DNA of 64,000 nucleotides, from the IMG/VR virus record IMGVR_UViG_3300034062_006701; one strand, given 5' to 3'. The position numbers and the translations under genes are program-made. This DNA is from a virus (taxonomy: Duplodnaviria; Caudoviricetes). The notes under the pieces were generated by a model that did no database searches, was not told the origin of the DNA, and saw only the letters and a list, made by a program, of their open reading frames with translations. Of the stretch, positions 1 to 6,914 are shown piece by piece; positions within the stretch are counted from its first letter, which is position 1, and each line of letters starts with the position of its first letter.

Positions 1-132
1 ACCATTGTAGAAGAAGCTGTTACCCTTCTTTTCGATGTTTTCGACATCCAGAGGAACAAGGCTGTAACCTTGAAGCGTCTGGCGAATATTGTTGCTTTGG
101 GCAACGAACTTATCTAGTGTTGTTGTACTCAT
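1..132 (-). CDS. Hypothetical protein, N-terminal part only (runs off window start)
   Basis: ATG at 132 preceded by AAGGGGG and a TATTAT -10; reads MSTTTLDKFVAQSNNIRQTLQGYSLVPLDVENIEKKGNSFFYNG with no stop before base 1. Confidence 0.7.
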   Translation of the reverse strand, partial: MSTTTLDKFVAQSNNIRQTLQGYSLVPLDVENIEKKGNSFFYNG

Positions 133-141
133 GACCCCCTT

Positions 142-165
142 ATAATACGGGCACGAGAAAAGGAA
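142..165 (-). promoter_or_regulatory. Early-type promoter with TTCCTTTT box and TATTAT -10
   Basis: Minus strand reads GAGTTCCTTTTCTCGTGCCCGTATTATAAGGGGGTC-ATG; the box recurs at four other promoters. Confidence 0.5.
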
Positions 166-220
166 CTCCAGAAATTTCTTTAGGATTCCGGAAGTACTTT
201 GTAATTCCTTGATTTTAAAT

Positions 221-265
221 AAAAAAACCGGAGCTGGAATGTGACTAGCACCCAACTCCGGTTTT
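221..265 (-). terminator. Intrinsic terminator closing the RNA operon
   Basis: Minus strand: ACCGGAGTTGG / CCAGCTCCGGT 11-bp stem (one G-U) followed by a T run. Confidence 0.8.
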
Positions 266-344
266 CTCTTTTATACGATCCTCTCACCAACGCGCTGGTA
301 TCAACAAGGCATCGAGTCTGCTTTTCTTTATTCCCTCTGCATTT

Positions 345-930
345 GTGCTGGGGTTACAACACGATTAGGACTTGAGACCTTTGGCGACTACGGATAGCTA
401 ATCCATTCACCAGTAGCATTACTAAAGAAATTATTGGTATTGAAAGATTTTATTCCGGATTTTGTTCTTTCCTCAACGGGTACCGGCATGGAGCCAGCGC
501 GCCGTCCAGTCTGTGTTTATTAAAGCAAGGGATCAAAGCTGTACGCAGGTTTTTGGCTCCCCCTCTGAAAATACGTCTACTAACTTACCAACAGACAACT
601 CAACGCATCTCTCCCACGGATTATACCTACAACGCGGGAACTTATTTTAATGATTACTGGCCTATCGGAGCTAGGAAGTTTATAGCTCCCGTTCTTTAAG
701 ACTTGTGAAACTCTTAAAACTACTAGGTCGCTACTACCCGCGGCTTCGGACTAGTATTGCTACTACCGAGAACTATACGCAGTAATCAAATTATTATGAC
801 CGGGGTGGTTGTAATCCATCCTAGTGCACCGGTTGATGAAGGCCTTTCAGAGCGAACCTAGTCACGCACACGTACGGTTCAGACCTTAGATGGTCTTCGG
901 CTCTTTCGATCGAGCCTGCGAACGGTCAAA
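345..930 (-). ncRNA. Large ornate ncRNA, GOLLD-like (~590 nt; ends approximate)
   Basis: No credible ORF; many hairpins (GGCTC/GAGCC, GACC/GGTC, GAACC/GGTTC, ACCGG/CCGGT, TAGTA-GCAA-TACTA, TTTAAGA/TCTTAAA, GGAGCTA/TAGCTCC); perfect long-range helix TGATTACTG/CAGTAATCA (780-788 with 651-659); ordered blocks CGTTGAGT, CTCCATGC, TGGATTAGC..GCCAAAG and terminal GTGTTGTAACCCCAGCAC resemble the GOLLD 3' domain as I recall it; directly downstream of a tRNA. Confidence 0.65.
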
Positions 931-932
931 TT

Positions 933-1005
933 TGGCAGGGCCGGGAATCGAACCCGGAATCTTGTGGTTATGAGCCACACGACTTAACCGTTTGTCCACC
1001 CTGCG
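933..1005 (-). tRNA. tRNA-Met (CAT), initiator-like
   Basis: Cloverleaf CGCAGGG..CCCTGCC A; anticodon arm TGTGG-CTCATAA-CCACA; T arm CCGGG-TTCGATT-CCCGG; C1.C72 mismatch; CCA not encoded. Confidence 0.9.
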
Positions 1006-1018
1006 TTAAAATGTACTA

Positions 1019-1071
1019 TCAAAGATCAATTCTTATTCCATTAATATATAGTCTATAGTAGGGACTGGCAA
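1019..1071 (-). promoter_or_regulatory. Sigma70-type promoter plus boxA-like element for tRNA-Met and the GOLLD-like RNA
   Basis: TTGCCA (1071-1066), 17-nt spacer, TATATT (1048-1043), then TGATCTTTGA (1028-1019). Confidence 0.7.
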
Positions 1072-1081
1072 GAATAAAAAA

Positions 1082-1158
1082 TGGCACGTGGTGAAAGAAT
1101 CGAACTTTCCCAATCGCTTTTGGAGAGCAATTCGCCTATCCTTGGAACATTACCACGC
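1082..1158 (-). tRNA. tRNA-Trp (CCA)
   Basis: Acceptor GCGTGGT/ACCACGT, G73, encoded CCA; anticodon arm TTGCT-CTCCAAA-AGCGA; T arm GAAAG-TTCGATT-CTTTC; weak D arm. Confidence 0.85.
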
Positions 1159-1164
1159 AAAAAG

Positions 1165-1247
1165 TGGAGCCTGTGGAGGGACTCGAACCCCCGTTGTTTG
1201 TATACCACTTTACAAAAGTGGTGCTGTCGCCGCTGAGCCACACAGGC
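1165..1247 (-). tRNA. tRNA-Thr (TGT) with a 12-nt variable region
   Basis: Acceptor GCCTGTG/CACAGGC, U73, encoded CCA; anticodon arm CCACT-TTTGTAA-AGTGG; T arm GGGGG-TTCGAGT-CCCTC. Confidence 0.8.
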
Positions 1248-1262
1248 GTGAAAATTATTTAG

Positions 1263-1347
1263 ACCGCAACTAGAGCGAATTCAATCTTTCGGAGGATTGC
1301 TAATACCTCGTTCCTAACAGGAATTCTACCTGCTCTCTAATTGCAGT
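1263..1347 (-). ncRNA. Unassigned 85-nt structured RNA
   Basis: Ends pair in a 13-bp stem with G-U pairs (ACTGCAATTAGAG / CTCTAGTTGCGGT) enclosing hairpins GCAGG-TAGAATT-CCTGT and CAATC-CTCCGAAA-GATTG; sits between tmRNA and tRNA-Thr. Confidence 0.6.
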
Positions 1348-1351
1348 AAAT

Positions 1352-1800
1352 TGGTGGAGGCGTCGGAGATCTGCCCTCCGAGTCCTTATAATATTTCTCT
1401 TATATTTTCTACACGCTTATGTAAGTTTAGGATTTGATTGACTACAGGCTCCTATGGCTTACCAGCCTATCTTTTTAAGTCTGCCTATATAGATGAAGAG
1501 TTCTATACAACCCCTTGTACTGAGTTTTCTAGGAGTCACAAGTACCTCCATAACCTATTGGTTTAGCTCCCTAAGATCTTTAATAGGATCCAATCTTAGT
1601 TTTTAGGCAGCGAGGAGTGACTCTTCTTCGCAGCTGGCGAGGATATCGTCAGCGTTGTTGAAACAGTACTCAGCTTCTGCTAAGAGCGCATCGATGTTAT
1701 CTTCTGCGTTTAGTTTTTTAGAAGGCTTTTATAGTGGCCAACCTTCCAACCACTGCGTGCAATATAAAACCAGACTATAAGTCGATTCTATGTCGCCCCC
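1352..1800 (-). ncRNA. ssrA: tmRNA (one-piece, 449 nt)
   Basis: 5' GGGGGCGACATAGAATCGAC; 3' CGCCTCC-A-CCA giving G3.U70; pk1 (GTGG/CCAC, GAAGGT/GCCTTC); resume context AAACTAAAC-GCA; tag ends LAA. Confidence 0.93.
1603..1707 (-). other. tmRNA tag reading frame AEDNIDALLAEAEYCFNNADDILASCEEESLLAA*
   Basis: Resume codon GCA at 1707-1705 to TAA at 1605-1603; 34 sense codons. Confidence 0.85.
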
Positions 1801-1807
1801 ATAAATT

Positions 1808-1872
1808 TCAAAGATCATTGAGCGTATATGCTCTTATTTCCTATAATATATATGCTCTAGAGAGTGTGGCAA
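1808..1872 (-). promoter_or_regulatory. Sigma70-type promoter plus boxB-like hairpin and boxA-like element for the tmRNA-tRNA operon
   Basis: TTGCCA (1872-1867); -10 TATATT or TATTAT (16 or 18-nt spacer); hairpin GAGC-ATATAC-GCTC (1833-1820); TGATCTTTGA (1817-1808). Confidence 0.7.
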
Positions 1873-1906
1873 GTCTTAATCTGCTTGGTTTTTAGCTATT
1901 TTTTAC

Positions 1907-1912
1907 TAAATA
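1907..1912 (+). promoter_or_regulatory. T4-like late promoter TAAATA (representative of many copies)
   Basis: TAAATA just upstream of starts; also at 11532, 17534, 21761, 32741, 38020, 39883, 41194, 41785, 44897, 54344 (+) and 11344, 48370, 54293, 61744, 63073 (-). Confidence 0.75.
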
Positions 1913-1918
1913 CCTATA

Positions 1919-3652
1919 ATGCCTGATTATAACCCTAATGTTATTGCAAATCCTCAAGTAGCGGAATACGGAAAGTTTACACAATTGAATGGTTCACGCT
2001 TCCCTGCTGTTTCTGTTACAAGGGTTCAATATCCAGATAAATCACAAGCATTTCCAGGGAATACTAACGCTCTCCCTGTAACAACCATCGACATATATCC
2101 AAAGTTTGGCGTATTAAGCTATATAACTAATACTGATGACTTCGCAGTATCACTGAGTGCAGGTCAGATCAATCTCGATACATCGCTAATTGAATTTCAT
2201 ATTTCAAATATAGATGCGGAGACTACTATCATGGCTAACGCTCTCACGGCGACAGAATGGAACACATTTGATGCAGCTTCTGGTATTAATGAGTTGAATT
2301 TTAATTTTCTCAACGCTGTATCGGCGCTAAGTACAACCATTGTCAATCCTGTGATTATCGGTAATAGAGGTAACGGTAATACAGCTACCGTTTATGCTCC
2401 GACTTCCTCTCTTAACGTCAATGTTACAAATACAATTAACAGCATTACAACACCAGAGCCAACACAACTTGATGCTTTTGGTCGTTTAAGAGTCTCAACA
2501 CCTCTCACACTTTTTGATTCTTCCCACCGTTATAGAGATAATAATCTTTGGTCATCATTAACTGCTGTAGGTGGGACCTATGCATTTAATGCAAATCAGG
2601 GATTGATAGATCTAACAGTAAGTTCGTTATCAGGTTCTTCAGTTATCAGAGAAACAACAAAAGTGTTCTCATACCAACCTGGTAAAAGTTTACTCGTAAT
2701 GAATACGTTTGTAATGGCTTCTTCTGCTACAGATTTAAGACAAAGAGTAGGTTATTTTGGAAGTCAGAATGGAATTTATTTTCAATTAGATGATGGTAAT
2801 ATTGGTCTGGTTAAAAGATCTCTTGTGTCGGGTTCTGTTGTAGATACTATAGTTTTAAGGTCTAGTTGGAACGGAGATAAGTTAGATGGGACAGGAGCCT
2901 CTGGATTAACTCTTGATATAACAAAGGCTCAAATATTTTGGATGGATATTGAATGGCTTGGTGTTGGATCAGTTCGTACAGGTTTTATTATTAACGGACA
3001 GTATATTGTTTGTCATTCCTTTCATCATGCTAATATAATTGATTCTACATACATAACAACAGCATCTCTACCTTTAAGATATGAGATTACAAATAAAGCT
3101 GCTACAGGTGTTTCTAAAACTTTAAAGCAGATATGTTCTTCTGTTGTTTCCGAAGGTGGTTATGAATTAAGAGGTCTTCAACAGGCAGTAGGTACCGCTA
3201 TAACAGCACCAAGAAGTCTTGGAACACCCGCAGGAACCTATCGCCCTGTTGTTTCAATTAGATTAAAAACATCTCCAAATAGATTAGATGCAATAGTAAT
3301 ACTAACAGCTTTATCTGTAATGGGTGTTGATACAGGGATATATAGTTGGCGAGTAATTGCTTCTGGAACAACTGTTGATGGTACTTGGCAGGATGCAGGA
3401 GTTGATTCAGCAGTTGAATATAAATTAGATGGAACAAGCATTACTGGCGGAAGAATCTTAGCACAAGGATATCTTACATCAAACGCACAGGGCGCAACAA
3501 CAGTTGATATTTTAAAGGAAGCTCTTTTTAAATTTCAATTAGAAAGAAATGGACTTACAGGTGTTCCTTATGAACTTACTTTAGCAGTAGCAGCAAGTAC
3601 ACAAAATGAAGTTGTACATGCTTCAATGGATTGGGAAGAGATTAGCAGGTAA
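1919..3652 (+). CDS. Conserved phage protein, probably virion-associated (beta-rich C-terminal domain)
   Basis: 577-aa ORF behind a late promoter; block DAFGRLRVSTPLTLFDSSHRY is familiar from aquatic phages. Confidence 0.6.
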   Translation: MPDYNPNVIANPQVAEYGKFTQLNGSRFPAVSVTRVQYPDKSQAFPGNTNALPVTTIDIYPKFGVLSYITNTDDFAVSLSAGQINLDTSLIEFHISNIDAETTIMANALTATEWNTFDAASGINELNFNFLNAVSALSTTIVNPVIIGNRGNGNTATVYAPTSSLNVNVTNTINSITTPEPTQLDAFGRLRVSTPLTLFDSSHRYRDNNLWSSLTAVGGTYAFNANQGLIDLTVSSLSGSSVIRETTKVFSYQPGKSLLVMNTFVMASSATDLRQRVGYFGSQNGIYFQLDDGNIGLVKRSLVSGSVVDTIVLRSSWNGDKLDGTGASGLTLDITKAQIFWMDIEWLGVGSVRTGFIINGQYIVCHSFHHANIIDSTYITTASLPLRYEITNKAATGVSKTLKQICSSVVSEGGYELRGLQQAVGTAITAPRSLGTPAGTYRPVVSIRLKTSPNRLDAIVILTALSVMGVDTGIYSWRVIASGTTVDGTWQDAGVDSAVEYKLDGTSITGGRILAQGYLTSNAQGATTVDILKEALFKFQLERNGLTGVPYELTLAVAASTQNEVVHASMDWEEISR

Positions 3653-3657
3653 CCGTA

Positions 3658-3822
3658 TTAATACTTACGGGTACTGTGAGTGTGTCGCTTTGGCAGATAC
3701 GCGCTTCTTCCCTCTGAAATAAGCTGGGAGCGAGTCTTGAGAACAGGTGTCGTTGGCTCAACTACCCTAATACCGAACAGGTTATTTGCAAATTTTTTTA
3801 CGGTATTAATGAGTTTAGTCAT
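3658..3822 (-). CDS. Small basic hypothetical protein
   Basis: MTKLINTVKKFANNLF...; fills the gap between convergent genes; start uncertain. Confidence 0.35.
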   Translation of the reverse strand: MTKLINTVKKFANNLFGIRVVEPTTPVLKTRSQLISEGRSAYLPKRHTHSTRKY

Positions 3823-3875
3823 AAGCCTACAAATAATTAGTCTGCATAAGGACAATTTTTTATAAAAAGGAAAAA

Positions 3876-4478
3876 TTAAAGTTTTTTCATACCTTTTATC
3901 TGATAATTAATATTCATTACCACTCTTCTCGGAACTGTTGTCGGTGTGGTACCTGTGTGATAGTGTACCCCTTCGAATATAAAAAGTCTGTTAGCTTTCG
4001 GTGTAACTGCTGTAAGTTGTGTAAGCTGTGTTATCTTTTCTTTATAGAAAGAGTTCGTATCTGGACCGTAATCTGGATCAAACCGCTCATTATATACAAT
4101 TGTATCGCCGTCAGAGTCGTTAAAATAGAATAATGCTGTACGGTGTTCATAGCTTATATCAACATGAGCACCATTTTCATAATTTTTGTCTGTAGCTGTA
4201 TTGAGAATCAATCTAACCCGTAATAATTCTTGAAGATCTTCTCCTGCCTGTATAAGAATATTTTCAGCTGCCTTGAGAAGAGTGTTATTAGGATCGTACA
4301 TTACCTGTTCACGAAACAATACCGTATTACCCCAACCATGTAAGAATATATCATTTACACCTCCATGTGATGGTGGTGTTCTATTAAAGAACCACGGGAA
4401 ATTTCGAGAAAGAACCTCATCACTAAGATTATTAAATTTCTCTTCAGGTAATATATTGTCAATAATAGTTGCAGACAT
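3876..4478 (-). CDS. 2OG-Fe(II) oxygenase superfamily protein
   Basis: HxD (GAHVD), TALFYFNDSDGDT, distal His (HYHTG) and R-x-V-x-N-I-N-Y. Confidence 0.85.
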   Translation of the reverse strand: MSATIIDNILPEEKFNNLSDEVLSRNFPWFFNRTPPSHGGVNDIFLHGWGNTVLFREQVMYDPNNTLLKAAENILIQAGEDLQELLRVRLILNTATDKNYENGAHVDISYEHRTALFYFNDSDGDTIVYNERFDPDYGPDTNSFYKEKITQLTQLTAVTPKANRLFIFEGVHYHTGTTPTTVPRRVVMNINYQIKGMKKL

Positions 4479-4508
4479 ATAATAGCTTATTACTGCTACT
4501 GCTTGTTA

Positions 4509-5144
4509 TCAAGACTTTAAGTCTAAAAGATATTTCTGAACGCAATGATCAAACGATTCTTTCACGTTATTCTGCTCTATTTGGTTCTTAGCTTCATTGA
4601 GCTTAGCAGTTAAATAACTCTCGACCTCACCTGCACTACTAAAACCATCCGTTCTCATCTCTACAGCAATACCGCCGGCGTTTCTCCAAGCAGCTAGATA
4701 CGGTGGAAAATCATCGATGAGTATATTAGGGTTACCGTTACTATCAATAGCATATATAGCTTTATTTTTCGGGAAATATGATTCTGAAGGCTGAGGTGAT
4801 AGGTGTTTTTTTATCCACGTTATCTTACCTCGTTTACAGGCTTCAGGGTCAATGCTCGCCGGGTGAGAGCAAATACTATATGCACCAGCGAATTTAACGA
4901 CTGCTTGAATGATAGCATTTGTTACCTCTCCGTTTTTACCAAACGGTGGAAGATTAGCGAAGAATTGTTCAACATCACCGAAATTATCTAAAAAATGCTC
5001 TCTATCGTACCAAATCTTCTTTGCTTCTGTCTTTTCTTCTACCGTTAGCTGTTTATAAGGCTTATTAAAGAATCTAAAGCTAATAGCTCCGAAGAGATCA
5101 GCGACGGTACCATCCATGTCGACCAAGCAGTTTAGATTACTCAT
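4509..5144 (-). CDS. HAD-family 5'(3')-deoxyribonucleotidase
   Basis: Motif I LVDMDGTVADL; GKITWI; motif IV ILIDDF. Confidence 0.85.
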   Translation of the reverse strand: MSNLNCLVDMDGTVADLFGAISFRFFNKPYKQLTVEEKTEAKKIWYDREHFLDNFGDVEQFFANLPPFGKNGEVTNAIIQAVVKFAGAYSICSHPASIDPEACKRGKITWIKKHLSPQPSESYFPKNKAIYAIDSNGNPNILIDDFPPYLAAWRNAGGIAVEMRTDGFSSAGEVESYLTAKLNEAKNQIEQNNVKESFDHCVQKYLLDLKS

Positions 5145-5380
5145 GATAATACAATAGTAAAGCGAAACAAATACTTATTATGTTTCTGTGTATCAACAAA
5201 TTCTTTTTTCGCAGAGACAATTCTCTTTGTCGTACCGTATTTTGCTATTTCTTTGTCGAGATGCGCTTGCGCAGCATCAGTGCTTTCGAAGAAGCCACTC
5301 CATTTAATAATGTTGCGATCGACATTAGGCACAATAATATTTAAGCCTTTTTTGAGATGTATTCCTGTTACTAAGAGCAT
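5141..5380 (-). CDS. Hypothetical protein
   Basis: 79-aa ORF overlapping both neighbours in the operon. Confidence 0.55.
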   Translation of the reverse strand: MLLVTGIHLKKGLNIIVPNVDRNIIKWSGFFESTDAAQAHLDKEIAKYGTTKRIVSAKKEFVDTQKHNKYLFRFTIVLS

Positions 5381-6228
5381 AGAAAGTCGCTTAGCTTTGA
5401 TTTCATAAAAAATATGCTATACCAGCTATCTATATTTTTAAGAATTTGATAGAAGTTCAACTCTTCGCATTTATGCTTGAAGCTATCGTAATTTAGCACC
5501 GGTTTTATATTGAACTGTTCCTTTACGTAATTTACTTCATCCTGATCGTTAAGAGTCAGAGAGAGATCAACTAGCTTAAGATTTGCATTGAAGTGATCTT
5601 CTTCTGCTTCTGACATCGTATATTCACCGTTGAAAAATTTTGATATCTTTACCTTACCAAATCCCTTTATACCGGGTATGTTATCAGACTTATCGCCTGT
5701 AAGCGCTTTAAGCTTAACAAAATCCACTATTTCATAGCCTATAAGCTCTTTAAAGTTTCTATGATTAAATTCTATTTTACGAATAGGGTCATATACAACT
5801 GTCTTATCATCAATAAGCTGACACATATCCTTATCAACGGTGATAATAATCTTCTCGTCTTCTGGGAAGAGATGATGAAAGATGGCGATTACATCGTCTG
5901 CTTCGTATGCACGTGGCAAAACATTCTTTATGCCTAATAGCTCAAGTAGTTCTTTAATTATATAATTCTTGCTATGTACCTGTTGATTGCGCTCGGTGTC
6001 TCTATTGCCTTTATATTCTTGTAGCAATTCCTTTCTCTTATTAATCTGAAAGTCTTCCTTCTCATCCCAGGTGCAATACACGACATCAGGATTGTACTGT
6101 AATATGTGGTTTTTAACACTAGTTAAGAAAAGATGAATGTGAAAATGCTCATTAAAGTTGGGTTGGTTTTTAGCTACCCAAAATACCCTGTGAACAAGGT
6201 TATTACCATCGACAATAAGACGTCTCAT
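5371..6228 (-). CDS. rnh: T4-type RNase H / 5'-3' exonuclease
   Basis: LIVDGNNLVHR, EYKGNR, YEADDVI, TVDKDMCQL, H3TH GDKSDNIPGIKGFG. Confidence 0.9.
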   Translation of the reverse strand: MRRLIVDGNNLVHRVFWVAKNQPNFNEHFHIHLFLTSVKNHILQYNPDVVYCTWDEKEDFQINKRKELLQEYKGNRDTERNQQVHSKNYIIKELLELLGIKNVLPRAYEADDVIAIFHHLFPEDEKIIITVDKDMCQLIDDKTVVYDPIRKIEFNHRNFKELIGYEIVDFVKLKALTGDKSDNIPGIKGFGKVKISKFFNGEYTMSEAEEDHFNANLKLVDLSLTLNDQDEVNYVKEQFNIKPVLNYDSFKHKCEELNFYQILKNIDSWYSIFFMKSKLSDFLCS

Positions 6229-6872
6229 GACCAGAAGAAGAAACGATACTTGACAAGCTGTGTTAAAATTTCTGTATCCTTATCCTGAATAAGCTGTTCA
6301 AGACGATTTACTTCACCGTACTTTTCTTCGTATGTTCTACCATCATCAACCATTTTTAGCATCTTGACTTTACCCTTATCGTCATATTCACAAGGCACAA
6401 ACATTTCCTTAAGAGGTGGAAGGACAGGATAAGCGTCATCCATCTGCTTTTCAAGAGCAGGTCGTTCAATAGTAATATAGTCGTAAGCTGATTCGAGCCA
6501 CTTAGCGAATTCTACTGCGCGTTCTCCGGTACCCTCCCAGTCAGTATGACCATGAAGATACTCATCTTCATAAAAACCTTTAATAAATTCGAAGTTTACA
6601 GTCTCAATAAGACCGGAAACATCAGACCAGGTACGAGGAATAACTTTACGATAGCGTTTGTTCTGCGGACTAAAGATTGGGCGAATCTTCTCGTAATAAT
6701 AAATGTCAGCCCAGCGAGGTACAAACGGAATAAGCTGCCAGAGTTTTCTTGTACCAAATTTATCTTCTAGGAATCTATCGAACTTACACCGAAATGACTT
6801 TTTATAATTTTCCATATCAGCAAAATCACAACGGAGTTTATGATTACGCGCTTCGAATTTCTCAGGTGTCAT
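6225..6872 (-). CDS. Hypothetical protein
   Basis: 215-aa ORF with its own promoter (TTGCAA-17-TATAAT, 6907-6879); ATGA overlap with rnh. Confidence 0.75.
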   Translation of the reverse strand: MTPEKFEARNHKLRCDFADMENYKKSFRCKFDRFLEDKFGTRKLWQLIPFVPRWADIYYYEKIRPIFSPQNKRYRKVIPRTWSDVSGLIETVNFEFIKGFYEDEYLHGHTDWEGTGERAVEFAKWLESAYDYITIERPALEKQMDDAYPVLPPLKEMFVPCEYDDKGKVKMLKMVDDGRTYEEKYGEVNRLEQLIQDKDTEILTQLVKYRFFFWS

Positions 6873-6914
6873 ATTATGATTATAATAAAATTATTTTAGG
6901 ATTGCAATAAAAAC

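Noticed and set aside
483-510. CCGGCATGGAGCCAGC on the plus strand looks like the start of an HDV ribozyme
   Set aside because: I could not build the nested double pseudoknot, and the opposite strand explains the sequence
462-650. 62-aa plus-strand ORF
   Set aside because: TTG start, no RBS or promoter, antisense to the structured RNA
1165-1247. Reading the tRNA as Tyr (GTA) because of the long variable region
   Set aside because: The stem register CCACT/AGTGG centres TGT in the loop, and G1-C72/C2-G71 with U73 fits Thr
1053-1273. ORFs 1053-1241 (-) and 1088-1273 (+)
   Set aside because: They overlap tRNA-Trp and tRNA-Thr; chance frames
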